Source of the DNA: Candidatus Eiseniibacteriota bacterium
GTDB taxonomy: Bacteria > Eisenbacteria > RBG-16-71-46 > JABDJR01
Direction: 5' to 3'
Length of the DNA: 64,000 nucleotides
Assembly: GCA_963783375.1 (NCBI GenBank)
Contig: CAWANH010000029.1
Location: forward strand, 96,001-160,000
Shown in pieces: positions 19,154 to 29,132 of the stretch (position 1 is its first letter; each line of letters starts with the position of its first letter). The notes beneath the pieces were generated by a model. That model did not search any database. It saw only the letters and a program-made list of their open reading frames with translations, and was not told the DNA's origin. The translations under genes and the position numbers were made by a program.

Positions 19154-19921
19154 TCAGTCGCGAGGGGGGGAGGGCGTCCCTTCCAGGGCCCGCCGGAGCG
19201 CCTCGGCGGTGATCGGGTGCGGGCCGGGTTCGACGCGGATCCGGTCCCCCAGGACGAGCCCCGCCCGGCCGACCCGCATGCGGTGGGCGATCACCTCCAC
19301 CCCGGCATCCAGAACCTCGCGGAGGAGCCGCCCGTACTCCGGATCGATCCCGTCGGCGGGGCCCGCCGCGGTCACGTCGGGGCGGGACACCGCGAAGAGG
19401 AGCACCGCGCGCTCGCCGGCCCGGGCGCGGGCGGCCAGGACCCGGAGATGTTTCCGCCCCCGCTCGGTGGGGGCGTCGGGAAAGAGAGCCAGGCCGGAAA
19501 GCGCCAGGGTGACGTTCTTCACCTCCACCCAGGTGGAGGGCCGCCCGGGCGTTTCCAGGCGGAAGTCGGCCCGCCCGCCGTCGTCCCACCGCGCCTCCCG
19601 GCGAAGCCCGGTGAACCCGGCGAGCGCCGGCACGAGGCCTCGGGTGAGCGCTTCCGCCACCACCGGGTTGGCCCGGACGGGGTGGATCCCCACCCAGATC
19701 CGTCCCACCCGGATGGCCTCCAGGGACCACTCGAGCTTCCGCGACGGCTTGGGATCGTGGGTGAGGTACACCGCCGACCCCGGCCGCGACACCCCCAGCA
19801 TGGAGCCGGGGTTGGCGCAGTGGGCCACCACGGTGCGTCCGTCGGGAAGCGCCACGTCGGCCAGAAACCGCTTGTAGCGACGGAGGAGGCGGCCCTGATG
19901 CACGGTTCCGGGAAAGCGCAT
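19154..19921 (-). CDS. sfsA: DNA/RNA nuclease SfsA (sugar fermentation stimulation protein)
   Basis: RRYKRFLADV, AHCANPGSM, WVEVKNVTL, FPDAPTERGRKHL, IDPEY. Confidence 0.93.
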   Translation of the reverse strand: MRFPGTVHQGRLLRRYKRFLADVALPDGRTVVAHCANPGSMLGVSRPGSAVYLTHDPKPSRKLEWSLEAIRVGRIWVGIHPVRANPVVAEALTRGLVPALAGFTGLRREARWDDGGRADFRLETPGRPSTWVEVKNVTLALSGLALFPDAPTERGRKHLRVLAARARAGERAVLLFAVSRPDVTAAGPADGIDPEYGRLLREVLDAGVEVIAHRMRVGRAGLVLGDRIRVEPGPHPITAEALRRALEGTPSPPRD

Positions 19922-20052
19922 GGCGGCAGAGGCTAGCACGCCCGCGCCCCGCGGGACCGTCTGGCCCCCCGGTGTCCCGGCTGTTAGGCTCTGCTCAACC
20001 GCGCCGGCGCTCCTCGAGTCGCGAGGGCCGCCCCGTCGGGAGGAGGGACGGT

Positions 20053-20973
20053 TTGAAGGATCTCCTGGCCCAGCTGGACTGGTCGAGCTTGAGCACCCGG
20101 TTCGTGGAGTTTCTGCCCAAGTTCCTGAGCGCGGCGGTCATCCTCCTCATCTTCTGGCTGGCCTTCCGGCTCACCCGGGCCGGGCTCAGCGCGGTGCTCC
20201 GCCGCGCCGGTTTCCACGAGACCCTGGTTCACATGCTGGTGGACAACGTCTACCGGTTCGTCCTCATCATCTTCGGGCTGGTCATGGCCGCGGACCAGGT
20301 GGGGATCGACGTGGGGGCGGCCCTGGCCGGAATCGGGGTGGCGGGCATCGCCATCGGCTTCGCCGCCCAGGACTCCCTGGCCAACATGATCGCCGGCTTC
20401 CTCATCTTCTGGGACAAGCCGTTCCAGGTGGGGGACTGGGTCACGGTGTCGGAGCAGTACGGGCGGGTGTCCTCGATCACCATGCGCACCACGCGCATCC
20501 GCACCAACAACAACACCTTCGTGGTGATCCCCAACAAGAACATCATCGACGAGGTGCTGGTGAACCACTCCAAGCACGGGGAGACCCGGATCGAGGTACC
20601 GGTGGGGATCGCCTACAAGGAGTCGATCCCCGAGGCCCGCCGGGTGATCCTGGACGCGGTCCGGAGTCTCAAGGGAGTCGCCGAAGAGCCGCCGGCCGAC
20701 GTGGTGGTGGAGGGGTTGGGATCCTCCAGCGTGGATCTCAAGGTCCGGGTGTGGATCGACGACGCCGCGGTCGAACGGCCGGTCACCTTCCGGGTGCTGG
20801 AGGCGGCCAAGCTGGCCCTGGACGCGGCGGGGATCCAGATCCCGTTCCCCCATCTCCAGCTCTTCGTGGACGACGTGGAGGAGCGGGTGATCGACAAGGT
20901 GTCGCGCCTTCCCCGGCTGGCCGCGCCGGCAGGGGAGGGAGAAGCCGCGGCGGAGGAGCGGACCGACGCGTGA
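20053..20973 (+). CDS. mscS: small-conductance mechanosensitive channel family protein
   Basis: TTG after AGGAGG; GIAIGFAAQDSLANMIAG, KPFQVGDWV, VVIPN, GIQIPFP. Confidence 0.92.
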   Translation: MKDLLAQLDWSSLSTRFVEFLPKFLSAAVILLIFWLAFRLTRAGLSAVLRRAGFHETLVHMLVDNVYRFVLIIFGLVMAADQVGIDVGAALAGIGVAGIAIGFAAQDSLANMIAGFLIFWDKPFQVGDWVTVSEQYGRVSSITMRTTRIRTNNNTFVVIPNKNIIDEVLVNHSKHGETRIEVPVGIAYKESIPEARRVILDAVRSLKGVAEEPPADVVVEGLGSSSVDLKVRVWIDDAAVERPVTFRVLEAAKLALDAAGIQIPFPHLQLFVDDVEERVIDKVSRLPRLAAPAGEGEAAAEERTDA

Positions 20974-20993
20974 GTTCGGCGCGGTGAGGCCCG

Positions 20994-21254
20994 CTAGTGC
21001 GGCTCTTTTCCCTCGGGAAACACCACCCCCAGCCAGAACCACTCCTGTCCCGACGGGTGCGCCTCGGCCAGGTTCACCTTGAACTCGCGGCGGCCGTGGA
21101 TCACGCGGGTCTGGGTGATCGTACCGGGGAGGTAGCGGTATTGCGCTTCGATGGGGCCGCCGGGGCGGGTGGGATCGAGATCGCGGGAGAGCTTGTGCTG
21201 GACCCGGACCTGCATTCCCACCTTCAAGGGCTCGATGTTGATGTGTTCGATCAT
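20994..21254 (-). CDS. small hypothetical protein (86 aa), possibly an SH3/Tudor-like beta-barrel
   Basis: ATG after RBS AGGAGG; host-like codon usage; LKVGMQVRV...YLPGTI...FKVNL...EWF pattern. Confidence 0.6.
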   Translation of the reverse strand: MIEHINIEPLKVGMQVRVQHKLSRDLDPTRPGGPIEAQYRYLPGTITQTRVIHGRREFKVNLAEAHPSGQEWFWLGVVFPEGKEPH

Positions 21255-21338
21255 CGCTTCACGATCCTCCTGGGCGGGAGAGGATATCACGGCGGGGGAG
21301 CGGGGGGGAGGCGCGACGGACCCGCGACCGTGGTGAAT

Positions 21339-22070
21339 TCAATTTTCACCGGGATCCGGTTCCCCGGCCGCCGGACCGGCGAGCTCCCATCCCGAGGCCA
21401 GCCAGGCCGCCGCCCTCCGGTCCTGGTCGGGGCCGAGGCGGTGGCCTCCGGGAAAGAGAGCCAGCTCGGCCTCGTAGCCCGCGCGCCGGAGCGCCTGGTG
21501 GGAGCGATGGGCGGCCTCGACCGACACCGCGCGGTCGGCCTCGCCGTGGAGGATCAGGGTTCGGAGCGGCCCCGGACGCTCCAGGGCCCCGGCCACGAAC
21601 TCCTCCTTGAGCCGCCCCGCCGCCGCCACCAGGTGGTCGAAGAGACCGGGTGGGGAGAGGGCGGCCACGTACCCGAAGTAGGCCCCCTGGCTGAACCCCA
21701 CCAGGGCCCGGCCGCGGGGGCGCCAGCCCCGGTCCGCCTCGACCCGCCGGATGAGCGCGCTCAGCCAGGCCGCCGACGCGGTCACCGTTTCCCGGAAGAG
21801 CCGGTCGCCGCCGTCGTAGAGGTACCAGGCGCGGCCGATCCGGAAGCGGTCCCCGGTCCGGATCTCGTAGGGGAGGGGACCGGCGGGGGCGATCACGTGC
21901 GCGGGCAGGGCCGACGTGCGCGGCCACCCGGCCAGGGCCCGGTCGGGATCCTCCCCCTGGCCGTGACAGAGCACCACCAGCGGGGCCTCGGGGGACGGGC
22001 CGGAGCGCACCCGGGCGGGCACGGGCCGGGTGAACGGCGAGGTCACGGTCTCGAAATCGGCGGGGCTCAT
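21339..22070 (-). CDS. alpha/beta hydrolase (phospholipase/carboxylesterase family)
   Basis: LCHGQG, nucleophile elbow GFSQG, LHGEADRAV, GGH. Confidence 0.88.
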   Translation of the reverse strand: MSPADFETVTSPFTRPVPARVRSGPSPEAPLVVLCHGQGEDPDRALAGWPRTSALPAHVIAPAGPLPYEIRTGDRFRIGRAWYLYDGGDRLFRETVTASAAWLSALIRRVEADRGWRPRGRALVGFSQGAYFGYVAALSPPGLFDHLVAAAGRLKEEFVAGALERPGPLRTLILHGEADRAVSVEAAHRSHQALRRAGYEAELALFPGGHRLGPDQDRRAAAWLASGWELAGPAAGEPDPGEN

Positions 22071-22096
22071 GCCGACAGTATAGCCGGGGAGGACCG

Positions 22097-23524
22097 GTGA
22101 GCCGATCGGTCCTTCCGGTACCGGCGAGCCCCCGCCCGCTCTGGCCGCGGTTGATCGGCGAGCGGCACGACCTCCTGGTGGTGGGGGGCGGAATCCACGG
22201 GGCGGGGGCGGCCCGGGACGCCGCCCTCCGCGGCCTCAGGGTGGCGGTGATCGAGCGCGACGACTGGGCCTCCGGCACCAGCAGCCGCTCCTCCAAGCTC
22301 TTTCACGGCGGACTCCGTTATCTTCGCCAGGGCGCGGTAGGCATGGTGCGCGAGGCGCTCCGGGAGCGCGACCTCCACCTACGGCTGGCCCCCGGGTTGG
22401 TCCGCCCGCTCCGGTTCCGGGTTCCGCCCACCCCGCCCGGGGCCCCTCCGCGCGCCCTGGTGCGGGCGGGGATCGCCCTCTACGGGCTCTTCTCCGGAGA
22501 TCCGGGCGGCGCGCGGTTCTGGGAGTCGGAGCCGGTCTACACCGACGCGATCACCGACGACGCGCGATTCTGCCTGGAGGTGGTTCTCGACGCCCGGCGC
22601 CACGGCGCCCTCGCGCTTTCCTACGTGGAGTGGTTGGAGTGGGTGCGCCGGGGGGAGCGGATCGTGGGCGCCAGGGTCCGCGATCGCCTGAGCGGGGAGG
22701 AAGGGGTGGTGGCCGCCGAGGCCTGCCTGAACGCCACCGGGCCGTGGGCGGAGATCGTGGGCGGTTGGGGCCGGGACCCCGGGCGCGAGCTTCGCCTCAC
22801 CCGGGGCACCCACCTGGTCCTCGACCGCCGCCCCGACGACGACGCCCGGCTCTTCTTCGCCGCCGCCGACGGGCGGGCGCTCTTCCTCCTCCCCTACGGG
22901 GAGCGGGGGAGCCTGCTCGGCACCACCGATCTCGACGAGACGGTCCCCACCCTGGACCCGGTTCCGCGCGAGGAGGAGATCCGCTACCTCCGCGACGCCT
23001 TCCGGGCCCAGTTCCCCGAATGGAACGGATGGCGCGCGGTGGGGCTCCAGTGTGGGCTTCGCCCTCTCGTCGCCGCCGCCGGCCGCCCCTCGGACGTTTC
23101 CCGCGAGGAGCGGATCGTGAACCACCCCGCCGGTGGGCTGGTCTCCATCCTGGGCGGGAAGTACACTACCTATCGCGCCACCGCGGAGCGTGCGGTGGAC
23201 CGGGTGGAGGTCGATCTGGGCCGGACCCTTGCCGGGCGCCCGACCCGAAGCACGCCGATCCCCGCCGCAGAGGAAGGGGGGGATGCCTCCACGCTCATCC
23301 GGCGGGCCTTCACCCACGAGGACGCGGTTCGCCTGGAGGACGTGTTCCTCCGGCGGTCCCGGCTGGGCCAGTTCGGACCGGCGGATCCCGCGCTGCTCCG
23401 GTTGGCCGGGAAGCTCTGGCGGGTGCGTTGGGGCCTTGGCGATCGCGAATCCGAGGCCGAGATGGAGGCCTTCCGGGAGTTCGAGGCGCGCCGGCTGGCC
23501 CCCCTCGCCTCATGGGAGCCTTGA
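22097..23524 (+). CDS. glpD: FAD-dependent glycerol-3-phosphate dehydrogenase/oxidase family protein
   Basis: VVGGGIHGAGAARDAALRG, ASGTSSRSSKLFHGGLRYL, NATGPW, GTTD, GLRPL, GGKYTTYR. Confidence 0.85.
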   Translation: MSRSVLPVPASPRPLWPRLIGERHDLLVVGGGIHGAGAARDAALRGLRVAVIERDDWASGTSSRSSKLFHGGLRYLRQGAVGMVREALRERDLHLRLAPGLVRPLRFRVPPTPPGAPPRALVRAGIALYGLFSGDPGGARFWESEPVYTDAITDDARFCLEVVLDARRHGALALSYVEWLEWVRRGERIVGARVRDRLSGEEGVVAAEACLNATGPWAEIVGGWGRDPGRELRLTRGTHLVLDRRPDDDARLFFAAADGRALFLLPYGERGSLLGTTDLDETVPTLDPVPREEEIRYLRDAFRAQFPEWNGWRAVGLQCGLRPLVAAAGRPSDVSREERIVNHPAGGLVSILGGKYTTYRATAERAVDRVEVDLGRTLAGRPTRSTPIPAAEEGGDASTLIRRAFTHEDAVRLEDVFLRRSRLGQFGPADPALLRLAGKLWRVRWGLGDRESEAEMEAFREFEARRLAPLASWEP

Positions 23525-23549
23525 CCCGCGTCGCCTCGGCAAGTAAAAC
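23521..23549 (+). promoter_or_regulatory. possible sigma70 promoter for the LysR gene
   Basis: TTGACC-N17-TAAAAC; the -10 is imperfect. Confidence 0.35.
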
Positions 23550-23603
23550 TTGCCCGGATTTGTGAACTTTTCAACCCGGCACAAACGAGGAAACAACCCC
23601 CCC

Positions 23604-24545
23604 ATGCTCCCATGCAATTTCAATCACATGTACTACTTCTACCGGGTGGCGGTGCACAAGAGCGTGAGCAAGGCGTCCAAGGAGCTCCTGATCGCCCAGT
23701 CCGCGCTCAGCACCCAGCTCAAGCAGCTGGAGGAGTCCCTGGACACCACCCTGTTCAACCGGACCAAGGGGGGCATGGCCCTGACCGAGACCGGGGAGCT
23801 GGTGTTTCGGTACGCCTCCCAGATGTTCGAGACCTACGAGGAGATGAAGCGGGCGATGGTCCTGGCCGAGAAGGAGGTGCGGGGTCCCCTCAACATCGGG
23901 GTGGTCAACTCCATCGGCATCTACCTCCTGCCCGAGATCCTCACCGCGTACCATGGGAAATTCCCGGACGTACAGATCAACCTGGAGATGCACAGCTCCA
24001 ACCTGGTGCTGGAGATGCTCCAGGAGAACCAGGTCGATCTCGCGCTCATCGCCTGGAACCGGCAGTACCCCCAGCTCGAGTCCGCGGTGATCATGCAGAA
24101 CAGCATGATCCTGGTGGGCTCGGCCAAGCTTCCGCTGGCCAAGCGGCGGAAGCTCACCCTCAAGGATCTCGCCGACCAGAAATTCATCGGTTACGAGGCG
24201 GGCACGCCCACCCGGATCATGATCGACTCCCACTTCAAGAGCATGGGGTTGAACCTGGACTACGTGCTCGAGCTGACCAACATCGCCACCATCAAGCACC
24301 TCGCGGTCACCGGGATGGGTCTGGCCTTTCTCCCCAAGATCGCGGTGGACCACGAGATCAAGGACAAGATCCTGAAGGCGGTGGACATTCCCGAGACCCG
24401 GATGGAGCGACCGGTGACCGTGTACTGGAAGGAACGGCGGGTCCTGAGCCGCCCCGCCCAGGAATTCATCGATTTCCTCAAGCACTGGCCGGTGCCCGCC
24501 GGCGAGGGCGAACCGGGTAAGGCGAGCAAGAGCAAGACGGCCTGA
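23604..24545 (+). CDS. LysR-family transcriptional regulator
   Basis: HTH NFNHMYYF..SVSKASKELLIAQSALSTQLKQLE..LFNR..LTETG, followed by a substrate-binding domain. Confidence 0.95.
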   Translation: MLPCNFNHMYYFYRVAVHKSVSKASKELLIAQSALSTQLKQLEESLDTTLFNRTKGGMALTETGELVFRYASQMFETYEEMKRAMVLAEKEVRGPLNIGVVNSIGIYLLPEILTAYHGKFPDVQINLEMHSSNLVLEMLQENQVDLALIAWNRQYPQLESAVIMQNSMILVGSAKLPLAKRRKLTLKDLADQKFIGYEAGTPTRIMIDSHFKSMGLNLDYVLELTNIATIKHLAVTGMGLAFLPKIAVDHEIKDKILKAVDIPETRMERPVTVYWKERRVLSRPAQEFIDFLKHWPVPAGEGEPGKASKSKTA

Positions 24546-24654
24546 TCCGGGTCCGCGTGATTCGGGCCCGGTTGTCCGGAGCCCCGGCGGTCCTCCCGCC
24601 CCGCCGGCGAAGCGTTTTCACCCCGTGCCCGGGGAAGCGGCGGGAAGGGAGTGA

Positions 24655-25779
24655 GTGGCGAGGATGTGGAAAGCCAGTGAGGGTTCGACCGGCCGGCTGA
24701 TTCAGCTATGTATCGGGTATTTCTTCTTCTACGTGATCACCGGGGTCACGGTGAAGTACTTCCTGGGGAGCGCGGACAAGGGGCTCCCGGGGATGACCGG
24801 GACCCAGTTCCTGGTCTACAGCACCATCGGAGGGACCTTCCTGGCCACCGGGGTGGTGCTCGTCTGGCGCTGGTACCGGATCCGATCGATCCGGCTGGTC
24901 AGGGTGGCCGGTCTCACCGTCCCCAGCGAGCTCTTCTACATCATCCCCTCCGGCCTCATGACCGCAGTGGTCATCCCCACCACCACCCTCATGTACACCC
25001 TTCCGATCTCGGTCATGGTGGCCATGGTGATCATGCGCGGGAGCGTGATCCTGATCGGCCGGGTGGTGGACGCCATCCAGAGCCGGCAGGGCCTCCTGGA
25101 CAAGAAGGTGTACTGGCAGGAGAACGTGGCCGTCCTCTTCGCCATCGGCGCGGTGGCCATGAACACCGTTTTCGCCAAGGACAAGAACGGGTTCGAGTTC
25201 ATCCACTCGCTCCCCGCCATGATCATCTTCGGAAGCTACATCACGGCCTACGCCATTCGCATCTACATCATGAACTACTACAAGAACACCCGGGGAAAGG
25301 GGAAGCCCCTGGACAACAAGGGCTTCTTCGCGGTCGAGCAGATCTCCTCCACCACCGCGCTCCTGATCGCGGGGTTCCTGGTCTACAAGTCCCCCTCGCT
25401 CTTCGGCTGGAGCGGTTCGGTGATCGACCAGTTCCGGGGCGCTCTCGCCCACCCGCTTCCCCAGTGGTCCGGAGCCGTCCTGGCCGGCATGGCCTTCGGG
25501 GCGGTGGCCTTCTTCTCGGTCTTCCTGTTCATGTTCAAGGGGCGAACCGCCACGTTCGCCGGACTGGTGAACCGGCTGACCTCGCTCATCGCGGGTACGG
25601 TGTCCACCCTCCTCTTCGCCCTGTTCTGGGTCGGCAGCTACCCGAGCCTGGAGGACTGGATCTCCCTGGTGCTCATCTTCATCGCCATCTACTTCCTGAG
25701 CGGGTCGGAGCGGCGCCGGGTGAAGGAGCTCCGCGCCCGAAACGAGCTCATCGAAGCCAAGGCCGCGGCCGGAAGTTGA
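24655..25779 (+). CDS. hypothetical multi-pass membrane protein (about 10 TM, DMT/EamA-like topology)
   Basis: About 10 hydrophobic segments; strong host codon bias; start GTG 24655 or ATG 24664. Confidence 0.75.
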   Translation: MARMWKASEGSTGRLIQLCIGYFFFYVITGVTVKYFLGSADKGLPGMTGTQFLVYSTIGGTFLATGVVLVWRWYRIRSIRLVRVAGLTVPSELFYIIPSGLMTAVVIPTTTLMYTLPISVMVAMVIMRGSVILIGRVVDAIQSRQGLLDKKVYWQENVAVLFAIGAVAMNTVFAKDKNGFEFIHSLPAMIIFGSYITAYAIRIYIMNYYKNTRGKGKPLDNKGFFAVEQISSTTALLIAGFLVYKSPSLFGWSGSVIDQFRGALAHPLPQWSGAVLAGMAFGAVAFFSVFLFMFKGRTATFAGLVNRLTSLIAGTVSTLLFALFWVGSYPSLEDWISLVLIFIAIYFLSGSERRRVKELRARNELIEAKAAAGS

Positions 25780-25783
25780 CGGC

Positions 25784-28219
25784 GTGGAACCGAACGGCCT
25801 TTTTCTAGGGCGCACCCTCGGGGATCCGGGCGCCCCGATGAGCGTCGATCCCGCCGATCTCACCACGCACGGCGTGGTGGTGGGAATGACCGGGAGCGGG
25901 AAGACCGGTCTCCTGGTGGGGCTCCTGGAGGAGTGCCTCCTGGCCGGGATCCCCGCGGTGGTGGTGGATCCCAAGGGAGATCTGGCCGACCTCTTCCTGA
26001 CCTTTCCGGACCTGGCTCCGGCCGACTTCGCCCCCTGGGTGGACCCCGAAGAGGCGCGGCGGGAGGGGATCGAGCTGGCCGAGTTGGCCGAGCGGACCGC
26101 CGCCCGCTGGCGCGAGGGCGTGTCGCGGGACCCGGGCGGAGTCGACCGCATCCGGCGCCTGCGTGAGGGATCCCACCTCAGGCTCTTCACCCCGGGATCG
26201 GACGCCGGCCTTCCGGTGAACGTGCTCTCCGGGTTCGATCCTCCCGACCTGGACTGGGACACCCAGGCCGAGGTCATCCGGGAGCGGATCTCCGCCGCGG
26301 TCACCGCGCTCCTCACCCGGGCCGGGGAGAACGCCGACCCGCTCCAGAGCCCGGCCCACATCTTCCTGGCCAACCTGTTCGAGGACCGCTGGCGGGCGGG
26401 GGAGCATCCGGGCCTGGCCGAGGTCCTGGGCTACCTCATCCATCCGCCTTTCGCCAAGCTGGGCGTGCTCCATGTCGATACATTCTATCCGCCGGAGAAG
26501 CGGCGTGAGACCGTGGCCCGGCTGAACGCGCTCCTGGCCAGCCCGTCCTTCGCGGCCTGGCAACAAGGTCCGCCTCTCTCCATGAACCGCCTCCTCGCCG
26601 CTCCGGCGGGGAAGACCCCTCTAGCCCTCTTTCATACCTCCCACCTCGGCGAGGAGGACCGGCAGATGTTCGCCACCCTCCTCCTGGGGGAGGTCATCGC
26701 CTGGATGCGTCGCCAGACCGGAACGGGGACGCTTCGCCTGGTGGTGGCCATGGATGAGGTGTGGGGCCTCCTCCCGCCGCATCCCGCCAACCCTCCCACC
26801 AAGGCGCCCATGCTCACCCTGCTCAAGCAGGCGCGCGCCTTCGGCGTCGGCCTGGTGGTGGCCACCCAGAACCCGGTGGATCTCGACTACAAGGCGCTGA
26901 CCAACGCCGGCTTCTGGTGCGTGGGCCGGCTCTCCACCGAGCGGGACAAGGCGCGGCTTCTGGACGGGCTCGACCTGGGAACCGCGGGGAGCACCCGGGG
27001 CGAGGCCGACGCCGCCATCTCCGGCCTGGGGCCCCGGCAGTTCCTGGTGAGAAACGTCCACGACCACGGCGGGAACCGGGTCTTCGCCACCCGATGGGTC
27101 CTCTCCTACCTGCGCGGTCCGATCACCCGGGAGGAAGTTCGCCGGCTGGTCACGCCGGAGGACCGGCGCGCCTGGTCCGGGGTCTCGGAGCCCCGGGCGG
27201 AGCCGGGTCCGGCTCACCGCGACCCGGGGAATGCGGGCGCCGATCTCTCTCCCGCCGCCGCCGCGGAGCCCACTCCGAGCGTTCACTCCCTACCCGCCGG
27301 AATCGACGTCCGCTACCTGGAACCGCGCGCCCTCCAACCCGACCGGCCCGGGGGTGCGGTGGCCGGGGTGCGCCCGGGGCCTCCCCGACGGTATCGTCCG
27401 GGGCTCCTGGGGCGGGCCACGGTGCGGTTCGACGAGGCGCGGGCGGGGCTGGATCTCACCCGGACCGAATGGCGGCTCATCTTCCCGCTCGAAGGCGCCG
27501 GGGGATGGCGCTGGCCGGAAGGGGATGCCCCCGACCTGGAGAACGATCTCTCGGAAGCCCCGGTGCCGGGCGTGCCCACCGACGCGCTCCCTCCCGCCCT
27601 GGAGGAGAAACGGACCTTCTCCGGGTTGGAGCGGGATCTCAAGGAGACGCTCCTCGCCGCGGAGCGGTTCGAGCTCTACCAGGCGCCGGCGCTCAAGCTC
27701 TATTCGGGGGTCGGAGAGACCCGCCAGGCCTTCGAGGCGCGCGTGCGGGCCCAGGTCGAGGACGACGCCGACCGCGAGGCGGCGGGGCTGCGGGAGAAAT
27801 TCCTGGAGAAGCGACGCCGGCTCGAAGAACGGATGGAGAAGGAGGAACTGGACGTCGAGCGGGTCCAGGGCCAGCTCCGCGCCCGGAAGCAGGAGACCCT
27901 GCTGGCCGCGGGGGAGGGCATCCTGGGCATGTTCCTGGGCGGGCGCCGCTCCACCCGGGTCCTGAGCCGCACCCGCTCCAAGCAGCGGATGGCCGGGACC
28001 GCGGCGGCGCGCCTTCGCAAGGAGGAAGCGGACGTGGAAAACGCCCGGGCCGACCTCGCCGCCCTGGAAGCGGAGTTGGAGCGCGAGCTGGGGCGGATCC
28101 GAGCCGCCCATCAGGCGAAGGCGAAGGAGATTCGGAGCGTGCCGGTGAGCCTGGAGCGGAACGACGTGCGGGTGGACGCGGTGATGCTGCTTTGGGTGCC
28201 GGACGCGGCCGGCGCCTGA
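25784..28219 (+). CDS. HerA/FtsK-superfamily ATPase (DUF87/DUF853-like) with C-terminal coiled coil
   Basis: TTHGVVVGMTGSGKT (Walker A), VVDPKGD, VAMDEVWG (Walker B), LLKQARAFG, ATQNPVDLDYK. Confidence 0.88.
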   Translation: MEPNGLFLGRTLGDPGAPMSVDPADLTTHGVVVGMTGSGKTGLLVGLLEECLLAGIPAVVVDPKGDLADLFLTFPDLAPADFAPWVDPEEARREGIELAELAERTAARWREGVSRDPGGVDRIRRLREGSHLRLFTPGSDAGLPVNVLSGFDPPDLDWDTQAEVIRERISAAVTALLTRAGENADPLQSPAHIFLANLFEDRWRAGEHPGLAEVLGYLIHPPFAKLGVLHVDTFYPPEKRRETVARLNALLASPSFAAWQQGPPLSMNRLLAAPAGKTPLALFHTSHLGEEDRQMFATLLLGEVIAWMRRQTGTGTLRLVVAMDEVWGLLPPHPANPPTKAPMLTLLKQARAFGVGLVVATQNPVDLDYKALTNAGFWCVGRLSTERDKARLLDGLDLGTAGSTRGEADAAISGLGPRQFLVRNVHDHGGNRVFATRWVLSYLRGPITREEVRRLVTPEDRRAWSGVSEPRAEPGPAHRDPGNAGADLSPAAAAEPTPSVHSLPAGIDVRYLEPRALQPDRPGGAVAGVRPGPPRRYRPGLLGRATVRFDEARAGLDLTRTEWRLIFPLEGAGGWRWPEGDAPDLENDLSEAPVPGVPTDALPPALEEKRTFSGLERDLKETLLAAERFELYQAPALKLYSGVGETRQAFEARVRAQVEDDADREAAGLREKFLEKRRRLEERMEKEELDVERVQGQLRARKQETLLAAGEGILGMFLGGRRSTRVLSRTRSKQRMAGTAAARLRKEEADVENARADLAALEAELERELGRIRAAHQAKAKEIRSVPVSLERNDVRVDAVMLLWVPDAAGA

Positions 28220-28249
28220 ACGGGCCGCGGGTGGGCTTCCAGCTCGCGT

Positions 28250-28519
28250 CTAGCTCGCGTTCTCCTTGGAGTGCGTGCTCTCGGGAGCCGGAGGGGCCTC
28301 CCGGCGGGGGGCGGTGGAGGCCGGGTCACGACGGCGCGCGTTTCGGCCCGGATCCTCGTCCCGGAGGTTCAGATCGTCCTCGATGTCCCGGGTGGCGCGC
28401 TTGAAATCGCGGATGCCCCGGCCGAGTCCCCGAGCGATCTCCGGAATCCGGTTTGCTCCGAAGAGGAGGAGGACGATCAGGAAGATGATCATGAGTTCCT
28501 GGGCGCCGATTCCGAACAT
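28250..28519 (-). CDS. tatA: twin-arginine translocase TatA/TatE subunit
   Basis: [40 protein letters not shown]; RBS GGGAG. Confidence 0.93.
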   Translation of the reverse strand: MFGIGAQELMIIFLIVLLLFGANRIPEIARGLGRGIRDFKRATRDIEDDLNLRDEDPGRNARRRDPASTAPRREAPPAPESTHSKENAS

Positions 28520-28625
28520 GAATGCTCCCTTCGGGGCCGTAAGGGCCCGCTCGAACCGCACGTTTCCCGTCCTCTGCCCGTCCAACCCGCGAGTTTAGCA
28601 CAACCTCGTCCGGACCGCCGGTCGG

Positions 28626-29126
28626 TTAACCGCGCTCGATACCCGTCGGATCCGCGGCGGAGTCCGGCGCGTCCGGCCGACGCCGCTCGACGCGCCATCG
28701 TGCCACGTCGGCCAGGATCTTCCGGTGATCGAAAGCGATGGGGGAGGGCAGCCGGTCGGCAGGGAAGAAGCGCGCGTCCGCGGCATCGTCCCCGCCCCGG
28801 GGCGTGCCCTCGGCCCGGACCAGGAACACCACCGTGACCGTGGGGTGGCGGGGATCGCGGGCGGGATCGGAATAGACGTGGAACTGCATGAGTTCCCGCG
28901 CGCGGAGTCCGGTCTCTTCCCGGAGTTCGCGGGCCGCCGCCGCCTCCACCGTCTCCCCCGGATCCACGAAGCCCCCGGGCAGGGCCCAGCCCCCGGGCTC
29001 GTTCTTCCGCTCGACCAGGAGCGTCTCGCCGCGATCGTTTTCCACCACCGCGTCCACGGTGAGCCGCGGCTGATCGAACCGGTCGAGTTGCCGCCCGCAG
29101 TGGGGACAGACCAGGCGCTCGCCCAT
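28626..29126 (-). CDS. NUDIX hydrolase (ADP-ribose pyrophosphatase-like)
   Basis: Nudix box [24 protein letters not shown]; RDPR; AFDH; N-terminal CPHC. Confidence 0.92.
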   Translation of the reverse strand: MGERLVCPHCGRQLDRFDQPRLTVDAVVENDRGETLLVERKNEPGGWALPGGFVDPGETVEAAAARELREETGLRARELMQFHVYSDPARDPRHPTVTVVFLVRAEGTPRGGDDAADARFFPADRLPSPIAFDHRKILADVARWRVERRRPDAPDSAADPTGIERG

Positions 29127-29132
29127 GCGGAG

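Noticed and set aside
23604-25779. Lower GC of the LysR and membrane genes as a sign of horizontal transfer
   Set aside because: Third positions remain G/C-rich, so the shift reflects amino-acid composition. There are no flanking repeats or mobility genes.
25784-28219. HerA ATPase as part of an anti-phage (SIR2-HerA type) or conjugation system
   Set aside because: No nuclease, SIR2, relaxase or T4SS genes are adjacent, and the context is housekeeping.
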